Part shown: one piece after another, positions 8,338 to 17,378 of the stretch | How the letters are laid out: each line of letters opens with the position of its first letter | How positions within the stretch are numbered: the stretch's first letter is position 1 | NCBI GenBank assembly: GCA_043765195.1 | Contig: JAYUJN010000054.1 | Coordinates: forward strand, 558 to 64,557 | Reading direction: 5' to 3' | DNA: 64,000 nucleotides | Origin: Bacteroidota bacterium | GTDB taxonomy: Bacteria; Bacteroidota; Bacteroidia; UBA7662; JAYUJN01 | Made by a program: the position numbers and the translations under genes | The notes under the pieces: model-generated | What the model was told of the DNA's origin: nothing | Seen by the model: the letters and a program-made list of their open reading frames with translations, nothing else | The model's database searches: none

Positions 8338-9147
8338 TTAAACGGCTACATTGTGTTCTCGCAGTGCGTTGTTTAGCGAAGTTTTTTTGTCCGTACTTTC
8401 TTTGCGCTGCCCAATAATGAGTGCGCAAGGCACTTGGTAGCTGCCAGCGGCAAACTCTTTGGTGTAGCTGCCAGGTATTACCACCGAGCGGGGCGGCACT
8501 TCGCCTATGTAAGTAACTGGTTTGCTTTGGGTTACGTCTATTATTTTTGTGCTTTGCGTGAGCGTAACGCCCGCACCCAAAACTGCCTCGTGGCGCACGT
8601 GTACGCCCTCCACCACAATGCAGCGTGAGCCAATAAAGCAATTGTCCTCGATGATTACGGGCGAAGCTTGCACGGGTTCTAACACGCCGCCGATGCCCAC
8701 GCCGCCGCTCAAATGCACGTTTTTACCTATTTGGGCGCAGCTCCCCACGGTCGCCCACGTATCCACCATCGTTCCAGAGTCGATAAAAGCGCCTATGTTT
8801 ACGTAGCTCGGCATCAAAATTACGCCGCTCGCCAAATACGAACCGTACCTCGCCACCGCTGGCGGCACCACCCGCACGCCGAGTTCGGCATAGTTGGTTT
8901 TTAGCCGCATTTTGTCGTAATATTCCATAAAACCAGCGTGCATCACCTCCATATTTCGGGTGGGGAAATATAGTATCACCGCTTTTTTTACCCAATCGTT
9001 TACTATCCAGCCGCTTGCCGTAGGCTGCGCCACACGCAGTGTGCCTGCGTCTAATTGCGCAACAACGCCCTCTATGGCAGCAATGCTTTCGGGTTTTTGT
9101 AGCAGGGTGCGGTCGTCCCAAATGGCTTCAATTTGTGCTTGTATCAT
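8338..9147 (-). CDS. dapD: 2,3,4,5-tetrahydropyridine-2,6-dicarboxylate N-succinyltransferase
   Basis: LMPSYVNIGAFIDSGTMVDTWATVGSCAQIGKNVHLSGGVGIGGVLEP is near-identical to the enterobacterial DapD hexapeptide core. Confidence 0.95.
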   Translation of the reverse strand: MIQAQIEAIWDDRTLLQKPESIAAIEGVVAQLDAGTLRVAQPTASGWIVNDWVKKAVILYFPTRNMEVMHAGFMEYYDKMRLKTNYAELGVRVVPPAVARYGSYLASGVILMPSYVNIGAFIDSGTMVDTWATVGSCAQIGKNVHLSGGVGIGGVLEPVQASPVIIEDNCFIGSRCIVVEGVHVRHEAVLGAGVTLTQSTKIIDVTQSKPVTYIGEVPPRSVVIPGSYTKEFAAGSYQVPCALIIGQRKESTDKKTSLNNALREHNVAV

Positions 9148-10226
9148 CTTTTTTTAAAGTATTTTTCTCTGAGTTTCAAAAACGGCATTTCTATTATTTT
9201 TGCCATAAATATACCAAAACCAAGGCTTAAAACGAAATATATCACAAATTCCACGGGTTTTGGTATGGTGGTTTTGGTGTAGTAGAGGGCGTTTTCTACC
9301 ACATAATTTTTTATAAATATGTGCCACAAATAAATGGAATAAGAATAAAACCCGATGTGGCTCACGGTGTTAAAAGCCGTGCTGCCAATGTATTTTTGTA
9401 TGTTTTGGGCGGCATTTTTTTCTAAAACCATGTAGAGTAATGCCGCTGCTGCGCCCAAATACACAAAGGTAAAGCCGATGCTGGTCATAAACATTGTTTT
9501 TTCGGAAACCAAAACGACCAGTAAAACGATGAACAACAGCCAAAGCAAGATGTATTTTTTGTATTTTAGGTAAAATGAAGCCAGTATTTGGGTGTGAAAA
9601 TGGTGGTAATACGAAATAATTACGCCAAACAAAAGGCTATCGATGCGTAGGTGCGTGGGGAAAAGGTGGACGTTGAACGCAAAAGGCTGGTAGCGCAAGG
9701 TAGTGTAGGTGCGAGCCGCCAAACAAAACACCAAAATGCCACCAAAAACGCTCAAAATTAGCCGTTTGTTTTCTATTTTACGGTATTTTATGCCCAAAAA
9801 CATTAGGAAACAGAGCAAAAAATAAAAGTGTTCTTCTACGGCGAGCGACCAGTTGGGGTCCCATATTTTGAGCCAGTAGTTTTGCAAAAAAAGCACTTCG
9901 GAAACGAAACTAAGCGGAGAAATGCTCCATTTGCCGCCATTTACCAGTTCTTTTAGCCCAAACTGGTACAGTAATGTAACCAAAAGCAGCACATAAAATG
10001 AAGGATAAATTTTGAAACCCCTGCGGATTAAAAACAAGCCAATTTTTACGTCGCCAGACTTTTTATATTCCGTAAAAAGCAAGCCAGATACCAAAAAACC
10101 GCTCAAAACAAAAAACAAATCCACGCCGCACCACCCAAATTTGAAAACGGGTAAAATGCTAAAATGCCGCAACAAGACGAATAAAATGGCAAGACCACGC
10201 AAAAAATCAATTTCTTTTAGTCGCAT
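9144..10226 (-). CDS. Acyltransferase family 3 membrane protein
   Basis: MRLKEIDFLRGLAILFVLLRH...GVDLFFVLSGFL and about 10 TM segments. Confidence 0.85.
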   Translation of the reverse strand: MRLKEIDFLRGLAILFVLLRHFSILPVFKFGWCGVDLFFVLSGFLVSGLLFTEYKKSGDVKIGLFLIRRGFKIYPSFYVLLLVTLLYQFGLKELVNGGKWSISPLSFVSEVLFLQNYWLKIWDPNWSLAVEEHFYFLLCFLMFLGIKYRKIENKRLILSVFGGILVFCLAARTYTTLRYQPFAFNVHLFPTHLRIDSLLFGVIISYYHHFHTQILASFYLKYKKYILLWLLFIVLLVVLVSEKTMFMTSIGFTFVYLGAAAALLYMVLEKNAAQNIQKYIGSTAFNTVSHIGFYSYSIYLWHIFIKNYVVENALYYTKTTIPKPVEFVIYFVLSLGFGIFMAKIIEMPFLKLREKYFKKR

Positions 10227-10247
10227 TTGTTCTTGTTGAGGTTGGTT

Positions 10248-10790
10248 TTATAGTTCATTTTGGAGGAACATTATTTTTAGTTTTAGCAAGGCAGCCACGC
10301 TGAGGCTGTCCGTTATTTTGCCCTGCAAAAGTAAGGAATATGCGTCGTTAAACGAAATCTTTTTTAGGCTTAGGTCTTCTGTTTCTTCGGGTTGCGCCTC
10401 GCCAAAGCTCAAGCCCGTGGCGAGATACACAATGCCAAGCTCGTCGCTGACGGAATTGCTGAGGTGCATCGAAAAAAGCTGCTGGTAGTCCGTGGCGGTA
10501 ATGCCTGTTTCTTCCAAAAGCTCTCGCTGGGCGGTTTCTAAGGGCGGGCTGCCCGCAGGGCAGCCGCCTTCGGGTATCTCCCACGAGTATTGTTGCAGCG
10601 GGTAGCGGTGCTGCCCCACCAACCAAATATACCCATTTTCGTCGAGCGGCACGACCCCAATCGCCAAATTTTTGAAGCGCACCACGCCGTAAATCCCGTT
10701 TCCGCCACTCGGATTAACCACCTCGTGATGCTCTACGGCTATCCAGGCGTTGTCGTAGGCTATTTTAGAACTAATTGTTTGCCAATTCAT
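10248..10790 (-). CDS. NUDIX hydrolase (ADP-ribose pyrophosphatase-like)
   Basis: Intact Nudix box GGCPAGSPPLETAQRELLEETGI. I prefer ATG 10790 over the TTG at 10817. Confidence 0.85.
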   Translation of the reverse strand: MNWQTISSKIAYDNAWIAVEHHEVVNPSGGNGIYGVVRFKNLAIGVVPLDENGYIWLVGQHRYPLQQYSWEIPEGGCPAGSPPLETAQRELLEETGITATDYQQLFSMHLSNSVSDELGIVYLATGLSFGEAQPEETEDLSLKKISFNDAYSLLLQGKITDSLSVAALLKLKIMFLQNEL

Positions 10791-10802
10791 AAGTAAATTG
10801 CG

Positions 10803-10810
10803 TATATTTG
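10803..10810 (+). promoter_or_regulatory. Candidate -7 promoter box for the GtrA-like gene
   Basis: TATATTTG ends 20 nt before GTG 10831 and 26 nt before ATG 10837. Confidence 0.45.
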
Positions 10811-10830
10811 CGCCCAAATAAATAAATTTA

Positions 10831-11316
10831 GTGCAAATGTACCCATTTTTTTTTGATAATTACCGAATACGAAAACTCATAAAATTTTGCATTACGGGCG
10901 GTGCGGCATTTGCCATAAGTTATTTTAGTTTTTTGAGCCTGAACCACAGCTATTTGCATTATTTTTGTGTAAATTGTAGCTTGAACAACAAAGTTTTGGG
11001 CTTTTTGCCGATGTACATCTTTTTTTCTGTTGTTGGCGATACGCTGGGTTTTTTGTTTGGCTTTTTTAGCAATAAAAAATGGACGTTTAAGCATCAATCA
11101 GATGCTGAAAATAGGTATTTTGGGAAATATTTTGCCGTTTACGCCTTTACATTTGTGCTTGGGCAGATGCTTTTGTACTTTATGGTGCATTTTTGCAGCC
11201 AAATTTCGTGGATAAAAGACCCTTATTTTGCCAAAATAATAGCCGCTGGCATTTGCGCCGTCCTCAACTTTTTGGGTACAAACTACCTCGTTTTTAAAAT
11301 AAAAAATACTGCATAA
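10831..11316 (+). CDS. GtrA family membrane protein
   Basis: LIKFCITGGAAFAISY...FFSNKKWTFKH...LNFLGTNYLVFK with 4 TM segments. The start may be ATG 10837. Confidence 0.75.
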   Translation: MQMYPFFFDNYRIRKLIKFCITGGAAFAISYFSFLSLNHSYLHYFCVNCSLNNKVLGFLPMYIFFSVVGDTLGFLFGFFSNKKWTFKHQSDAENRYFGKYFAVYAFTFVLGQMLLYFMVHFCSQISWIKDPYFAKIIAAGICAVLNFLGTNYLVFKIKNTA

Positions 11317-11326
11317 CGCCAACACC

Positions 11327-13021
11327 ATGACGCAACTGATAGAATGTGTGCCTAATTTTTCGGAGGGAAAAGACAAGCGAATTATCGATGAAATAACCAA
11401 CGCCATACAAAGCGTGGAGGGCGTAAAACTGCTCGATGTAGATGCCGGACCCGACACCAACCGCACCGTGGTTACGTTTGTGGGTGCGCCCGAGCAGGTG
11501 GTTTTGGCGGCGTATTTGGGCATAAAAAAGGCGGCGGAACTCATAGATATGCGCAAACACAAGGGCGAACACGCCCGCATGGGCGCAACCGATGTGTGTC
11601 CTTTGATTCCGATAAGCGGCATTTCTATGGAAGAAACGGTGGAATATGCCCATAAATTGGGTAAAATGGTGGGCGAGCGCCTGCACATTCCCGTTTATAT
11701 GTACGAGGCAGCGGCTACCCAGCCCGAGCGGCGCAACTTGGCGAACATTAGGGCGGGCGAGTACGAGGGTTTGCCCCAAAAGCTGCAAAATGCGGAATGG
11801 AAACCCGATTATGGCGCAGCCGTTTTTAACGAAAACAGCGGTGCGACGGTGGTGGGGGCGAGGGATTTTTTGGTGGCGTACAACATCAATTTGAACACGC
11901 AATCGGTGCGCTTGGCGAACTCCGTGGCGTTTGATGTGCGTGAAAACGGGCGCATTTTGCGCAAGGGAAACCCGCTCACGGGCGAAATATTAAAAGACGA
12001 AAATGGCTCGCCGCTGCGCACCAAGGGACTGCTAAAATCGGTGAAAGCCGTGGGCTGGTTTATAAAAGAATATAATTTGGCGCAGGTTTCTATGAACCTG
12101 ACGAACATAGGCGTTACGGCGGTTCACACGGCGTTTGATGCCGTAGAAAAATCGGCAAACGCCCGAGGTTTGCGGGTTACTGGCTCGGAGCTGGTGGGCT
12201 TAATACCGCTAAAATGCCTCACCGATGCCGCAAAACACTACTTGCGTAGGCAAAATAGGTCGGAGGGTTTGAGCGAGGCGCAACTGATACACATTGCCGT
12301 AAAAAGTTTGGGTTTGGACGAGCTGCGCCCCTTTGACCCGCAGCAAAAAATCATAGAATACACGCTGAAAAGTGCGCAAACCGCCCCGCTGGCACGCATG
12401 AGTTTGAGGGAGTTTGTGGACGAAACTGCCAGCGAAAGCCCTGCTCCAGGCGGCGGCTCCATCGCCGCCTACTTGGGTAGCTTGGGCGCAGCCTTGGCAG
12501 CCATGGTAGCCAACCTCTCGGCGGGCAAGCGTGGCTGGGACGAGCAAATACCCTACTTTTCGCAGGTAGCCACCCAAACCCAAGTGCTAAAAGACCAATT
12601 GCTCGCCTTGGTAGATGAAGATACAGCGGCTTTCAACCAAATAATGGAGGCATTTTCGTTGCCCAAAACCAGCGAAAACGACCAAATGCTGCGCAAAAAT
12701 GCCATACTTGCCGCAACCAAATACGCCATAAATGTGCCGCTAAAAACGATGGAAACCGCATATAAAACCATGCAATTTATCGAAAAAATGGCGCAAAATG
12801 GCAACCCAAATTCCGTAACCGATGCGGGCGTGGCGGCTCTGTGCGCCCGCAGCGCAGTGTATGGCGCTTACCTCAATGTGCAGGTAAATGCGCTCGGTTG
12901 CAGCGACAAAGATTTTGCGAAGGAAGCCGAAAAAAATGCACAATTGCTGCTAAACAACGCCCTAAAAGCCGAAAAAACGATACTGGACATTGTACAAACC
13001 AAACTAACCAACAATGTTTAA
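11327..13021 (+). CDS. ftcD: Bifunctional glutamate formimidoyltransferase / formimidoyltetrahydrofolate cyclodeaminase
   Basis: The N-terminus LIECVPNFSEGKDKRIIDEI marks the formiminotransferase. The C-terminal ~200 aa helical part with ESPAPGGGSIAA marks the cyclodeaminase. Confidence 0.9.
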   Translation: MTQLIECVPNFSEGKDKRIIDEITNAIQSVEGVKLLDVDAGPDTNRTVVTFVGAPEQVVLAAYLGIKKAAELIDMRKHKGEHARMGATDVCPLIPISGISMEETVEYAHKLGKMVGERLHIPVYMYEAAATQPERRNLANIRAGEYEGLPQKLQNAEWKPDYGAAVFNENSGATVVGARDFLVAYNINLNTQSVRLANSVAFDVRENGRILRKGNPLTGEILKDENGSPLRTKGLLKSVKAVGWFIKEYNLAQVSMNLTNIGVTAVHTAFDAVEKSANARGLRVTGSELVGLIPLKCLTDAAKHYLRRQNRSEGLSEAQLIHIAVKSLGLDELRPFDPQQKIIEYTLKSAQTAPLARMSLREFVDETASESPAPGGGSIAAYLGSLGAALAAMVANLSAGKRGWDEQIPYFSQVATQTQVLKDQLLALVDEDTAAFNQIMEAFSLPKTSENDQMLRKNAILAATKYAINVPLKTMETAYKTMQFIEKMAQNGNPNSVTDAGVAALCARSAVYGAYLNVQVNALGCSDKDFAKEAEKNAQLLLNNALKAEKTILDIVQTKLTNNV

Positions 13022-13379
13022 AAACGCCTTTAACTACAACCTAAAACACGGATTTTGGCAAATGATAGGCTTTTATTTGGTTCATTTGCTGGCGGCTATG
13101 GCTTTTTCGTTGCTTTTTTCGCTGTTGCCCGTGGCTGCCTGCGCCTTGTTTTGGGACAGCCGAAGCTACGAACTTTTGCCCATGTTCGTCGCCACCGTTT
13201 TGGGCATTTGTAGCCTGCTATCCGTGTTGTTTTCGTACTTTGCCATGCAAGGCAAGGGCAAAACCGCCCACAAAAGCCAATGGATTGCCTTGCTGGTTTT
13301 TGCGCTGCTGTCTGGCATTTTGGGTTTTTTGGTTGCGCCGCTGCACGCCACGTATTTAGCTTGCACCAAAGCCACATAG
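13014..13379 (+). CDS. Hypothetical small membrane protein
   Basis: 121 aa with 3-4 TM segments. The start overlaps the ftcD stop by 8 nt (ATGTTTAA). Confidence 0.45.
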   Translation: MFKNAFNYNLKHGFWQMIGFYLVHLLAAMAFSLLFSLLPVAACALFWDSRSYELLPMFVATVLGICSLLSVLFSYFAMQGKGKTAHKSQWIALLVFALLSGILGFLVAPLHATYLACTKAT

Positions 13380-13498
13380 TAGCCAAAAATAGGCGGCAAA
13401 CACCAAATTTTTGGATAAGAAATGCAATGCCAAGTTTTTTAAAATTGTTCTGTAAAATATTTTTGTAAAAAAAGATGTGCGAACCATCAAATTTGTAT

Positions 13499-13506
13499 TA
13501 AATTTG
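13499..13506 (+). promoter_or_regulatory. Candidate -7 promoter box for the HMG-CoA reductase operon
   Basis: TAAATTTG ends 38 nt before ATG 13545. A second match, TATTTTTG, lies at 13458-13465. Confidence 0.4.
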
Positions 13507-13544
13507 CTACGTATAGAAATAAACCACCAACTAACCCTCACAAA

Positions 13545-15092
13545 ATGTTTGGCGTACCTACACTTTTACTAAAACAACTCTACAACAGAGGCAGTTTTCA
13601 AAATACGCCACGTGGCATAGAATTTGGCATAAAAAATCGGTTGAGCGATGCCAAAATTATCAGTGTTACCAGCGTTACCATTGGCGATAAAACCATTGAC
13701 AACAAAGACATTGGCATAGATTTGGGCGATAAGCTCATTGCTGCAAACGACATTACGGCTCAAAATTTTGTGGATTTTCCGCTGCGCAAAACCTTTAACA
13801 TTGTGTGCAAAACCGACGCACTTTTGGAGGGCAGCTACACCATAGAAATTGCTTTTGAAACCGATAGTTTTGGCAAACTTAAATTTAAAATAGACGATGC
13901 CATACAGCCAAAAACGGATAGTTCTACCAAAATTCCACGCAACGATGCCGACGATTATTCGCCCGAAGCCATAAAAACCCGACAGGATTTTGTGAAAAAC
14001 TATACTGGAAAAGGCTTAGAACACATTGCGCAATACTCTTTCGACCCGCACATTACCTCTGGAAACTGCGAGCATTTTATAGGCGTAGCCCAAGTGCCGA
14101 TAGGCATTGCGGGTCCGATACTTATTAATGGCGAACACGCCAAGGGCGAATTTTTGATACCGATGGCGACCGCCGAGGGTACGCTGGTAGCCAGTTACAA
14201 CAGGGGCATTAAGGTGCTGAACGCCTGCGGCGGCGTGATGTGTACCGTGTGCGACGATGCCATGCAGCGTGCGCCCGTTTTTGGGTTCGAAAATGCACGT
14301 GGCGCAAGGGAATTTATTGCTTGGGTAAAAGAAAATATGCCCGTTATATCGGAGCAAGCCGAAGCCACTACCAGCATCGGAAAACTAAAATACATAGACC
14401 ATTACATCGCCAGTAAGTTTGCGTATTTGCGCTTCAACTTTTTTACGGGAGATGCCGCTGGGCAAAATATGGTGGGCAGGGCTACTTTTGCGGCTTGTAG
14501 CTGGATTTTGGACAATTACAAAAACGACCCTATCAAGAGTTTTTATTTGGAGAGCAACCTCGCTACCGACAAAAAAGCCTCGCAGGTAAACGTAATGCAC
14601 ACCCGAGGCAAGCGGGTTACCGCCGAATGCCTCATAAAAAGGGACGTTTTGCAGCAAATGATGCGTGTAGATACCAAACAACTGGCTTACCACAGCCAAG
14701 TGGCGAGCATTGGCACCATACTTTCGGGCGCAAACAACAATGGGCTGCACAGTGCCAACGGTATTACCGCCCTGTTTATAGCCACGGGGCAAGACGTAGC
14801 CAACGTTTCGGAGTCGTCGGCGGGCATTGTATATAGCGAGCTAACGCCCGAAAACGACCTGTACATGAGCATAACCATACCCTCGCTGATTGTGGCTACC
14901 TACGGCGGCGGCACCAGTTTGGCTACCCAACGAGAATGTTTGGAGCTGATGGATTGCAATGGCAAAGGAAAAGTAATGAAACTCGCCGAAATAATTGCTG
15001 GCGTGGTGCTGGCGGGCGAAATATCGCTGGCATCTGCCATTTCATCGTCGGATTGGGTAAGCAGCCACGAAAAATACGGGCGAAACAGGTAA
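13545..15092 (+). CDS. Class I HMG-CoA reductase with a ~135-aa N-terminal extension
   Basis: GNCEHFIGVAQVPIGIAGPILINGE...IPMATAEGTLVASYNRG...GDAAGQNMV...ATGQD are class I HMGR signatures. Residues 1-135 have no TM segment and no motif I recognise. Confidence 0.9.
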   Translation: MFGVPTLLLKQLYNRGSFQNTPRGIEFGIKNRLSDAKIISVTSVTIGDKTIDNKDIGIDLGDKLIAANDITAQNFVDFPLRKTFNIVCKTDALLEGSYTIEIAFETDSFGKLKFKIDDAIQPKTDSSTKIPRNDADDYSPEAIKTRQDFVKNYTGKGLEHIAQYSFDPHITSGNCEHFIGVAQVPIGIAGPILINGEHAKGEFLIPMATAEGTLVASYNRGIKVLNACGGVMCTVCDDAMQRAPVFGFENARGAREFIAWVKENMPVISEQAEATTSIGKLKYIDHYIASKFAYLRFNFFTGDAAGQNMVGRATFAACSWILDNYKNDPIKSFYLESNLATDKKASQVNVMHTRGKRVTAECLIKRDVLQQMMRVDTKQLAYHSQVASIGTILSGANNNGLHSANGITALFIATGQDVANVSESSAGIVYSELTPENDLYMSITIPSLIVATYGGGTSLATQRECLELMDCNGKGKVMKLAEIIAGVVLAGEISLASAISSSDWVSSHEKYGRNR

Positions 15093-15107
15093 TATAAAGC
15101 TAAATAA

Positions 15108-15587
15108 ATGCAAAATAACAACAAAAAAAATCAAAAAGACTTAGAACGCATAGAGCAAATAGCCGAACTAATGGATTCCAAGTTTAAAATACCTGGAACA
15201 AATTTCACCTTTGGCTTGGACCCGCTTTTGGGCTTGATACCCGTGGTGGGCGACATGGCATCTATGAGCATTTCGGCACTGACGATTTTGGCAGCGGCAC
15301 GCTCGGGCGCAGGCACGCTCATACTTTTAAAAATGATTGGCAATTTTGTGGTAGATGCCCTGGTGGGCGCTATCCCTTTTTTGGGCGATATTTTTGACTT
15401 TGTGTTTAAAGCCAACCGCAGAAATGTGCGCCTTTTGCGCCAATATTACCAAGAAGACAGGCACACAGGCAGCGCCACGCCAGTTTTAGCGGTGGTGATG
15501 CTGGTGCTTATTTCGGTTTTGTGCCTCATTGCGTTTTTGCTGTACCACGTTTTGGTTTGGATTAATGCGGCGTTTATGGCTCTTTAA
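15108..15587 (+). CDS. DUF4112 domain membrane protein
   Basis: FKIPGTNFTFGLDPLLGLIPVVGDMASM...FLGDIFDFVFKANRRN resembles DUF4112. Confidence 0.7.
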   Translation: MQNNNKKNQKDLERIEQIAELMDSKFKIPGTNFTFGLDPLLGLIPVVGDMASMSISALTILAAARSGAGTLILLKMIGNFVVDALVGAIPFLGDIFDFVFKANRRNVRLLRQYYQEDRHTGSATPVLAVVMLVLISVLCLIAFLLYHVLVWINAAFMAL

Positions 15588-15596
15588 CTTACTGAA

Positions 15597-16247
15597 ATGA
15601 AAAAAATAGTACTTGCGATTTGCCTTTTTTTGGTGTTGATTTTCGTGTTTAAAAAGAACATTGCCACTGGTTATGCCCATCTTTTCGAAAAAAACAATGC
15701 TACCAAAGGTGCGGATATGATTTTGATGCTTTCGGGTAATTTGTACAGCCGCATAGAAAAAAGTATGGAGCTGTACCAGCAGGGCTATGCGCCTATGGTG
15801 ATGGGAACGGACGAAAAAGAGGATTTGAGCGAGGGTTTGCGGCGTTATTCGCAGAGCGACGAAGTCATTTTTGATACGATACTTACGGTGTATAAAATTC
15901 CGCATGGAAAAATAGCGAGCTTGCGCCCGAAGGGCGCAAGCTCTACTTTTGATGAGGCTTATGACGTGGCGAGCTACGTAAAAACCCATAAAATAAAGCA
16001 CATCGTTTTGGTAACGGACGGTTTTCATAGCAGCAGGGCTTATTTTGCGTTCAAAAAAATATTTTTGTTGCAGGGCATAAGCCCAGCCGAATGCAAGCTC
16101 GAAATGGCGGCAGCCTATACCGATGGCTACAATCCGCAAAACTGGTGGCGCAGCGAAAAAGGGCTGCTCTGCTACCTCACAGAGCCTATAAAATACTTGG
16201 TTTACTTGTTTAGGGTAAATAATTTTAAAACGATGGACGATAAATAG
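15597..16247 (+). CDS. YdcF/DUF218 (ElyC/SanA-like) family protein
   Basis: N-terminal TM segment, then ILMLSGN...STFDEAYDVASYV...IVLVTDGFHSSRAYFAFKK. Confidence 0.75.
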   Translation: MKKIVLAICLFLVLIFVFKKNIATGYAHLFEKNNATKGADMILMLSGNLYSRIEKSMELYQQGYAPMVMGTDEKEDLSEGLRRYSQSDEVIFDTILTVYKIPHGKIASLRPKGASSTFDEAYDVASYVKTHKIKHIVLVTDGFHSSRAYFAFKKIFLLQGISPAECKLEMAAAYTDGYNPQNWWRSEKGLLCYLTEPIKYLVYLFRVNNFKTMDDK

Positions 16248-16483
16248 GCGTGTTTGTGGGTTTAAAAAAAACAGTTTTACAACCAGATGCCAGCGGTATC
16301 AAACGTTTGTAGAAAAAAGTGGTACAGCAAGTCCGCCCCTGAAGGAGGTCGCAGATGCGGCGCATTTGTGTTCATAAATGCTTAATCCCCACGGGATTTT
16401 TAGACAAATGTAATTATGTATAGGTAATTACGGCTTTTAAATAGTACAAAATTGCAACTAAATTTAAAAAAAATAAAAATAAA

Positions 16484-17365
16484 ATGAGAGCATATATTTT
16501 TCCTGGTCAGGGAGCGCAGTTTGTGGGCATGGGTTTTGAGTTGTACAAAAACAATGCCTTAGCAAAAAAGATGTTTGAGCAAGCAAACGAAATTTTGGGT
16601 TTTGAAATAACCGAAACCATGTTTGCGGGTACGCCCGAAGATTTGAAGCAAACGAAGGTAACGCAGCCCGCCATTTTTTTGCATTCGGTTATTTTGGCAA
16701 AAACCTTGGGTAGCAGCTTTGCGCCCAACATGGTGGCGGGGCATAGCTTGGGTGAGTTTTCGGCTTTGGTGGCTGCGGGCGGGCTGGGTTTTGAGGCTGG
16801 TCTGCGCCTTGTAGCCGAGCGTGCCGCCGCCATGCAGGTGGCTTGCGAGCAAAACCCTGGCACGATGGCGGCGGTTTTGGGGTTGGAAGATGCAAAAGTA
16901 GAGGAAATTTGTAAAAATATTTCCACAGAAATAGTGGTGGCTGCCAACTACAATTGCCCAGGGCAACTGGTGATAAGTGGCACAATATCGGGCATAGATT
17001 TGGCTTGTGAGCTGTTAAAAGCCGCAGGCGCAAAGCGGGCGTTGAAGCTGCCCGTGGGCGGCGCATTTCATTCGCCGCTGATGCTGCCAGCGCAAGAAAG
17101 GCTGCAAAAAGCGATAGAAAACACGGTTTTTGGCGTGCCAGTTTGCCCAATTTACCAAAACATAGATGCCCAGCCGCAGCAAAACCCCGAGCAAATAAAA
17201 CGAAACCTCATGGCGCAACTGACCGCACCCGTGCTATGGACGCAAACGGCGCAAAACATGGTGGGCGCAGGCGCAAACCACTTTATAGAAGTAGGTCCGG
17301 GAAATGTGTTGCAGGGTTTGGTAAAAAAAGTATCGGACGCACCAACGCTCGAGTCGGCGGGGTAG
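16484..17365 (+). CDS. fabD: Malonyl CoA-ACP transacylase
   Basis: FPGQGAQFVGMG...VAGHSLGEFSALVAAG...GAFHSPLM. Confidence 0.95.
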   Translation: MRAYIFPGQGAQFVGMGFELYKNNALAKKMFEQANEILGFEITETMFAGTPEDLKQTKVTQPAIFLHSVILAKTLGSSFAPNMVAGHSLGEFSALVAAGGLGFEAGLRLVAERAAAMQVACEQNPGTMAAVLGLEDAKVEEICKNISTEIVVAANYNCPGQLVISGTISGIDLACELLKAAGAKRALKLPVGGAFHSPLMLPAQERLQKAIENTVFGVPVCPIYQNIDAQPQQNPEQIKRNLMAQLTAPVLWTQTAQNMVGAGANHFIEVGPGNVLQGLVKKVSDAPTLESAG

Positions 17366-17378
17366 GCTATGAGCGATC

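Noticed and set aside
16320-16370. Possible SRP (4.5S) RNA, because of GTCCG...GAAGGAGG..GCAG.
   Set aside because: It does not reproduce the conserved GGUCC-GGAA-GGAAGCAG helix 8 arrangement. An extra CCCCT breaks the tetraloop helix.
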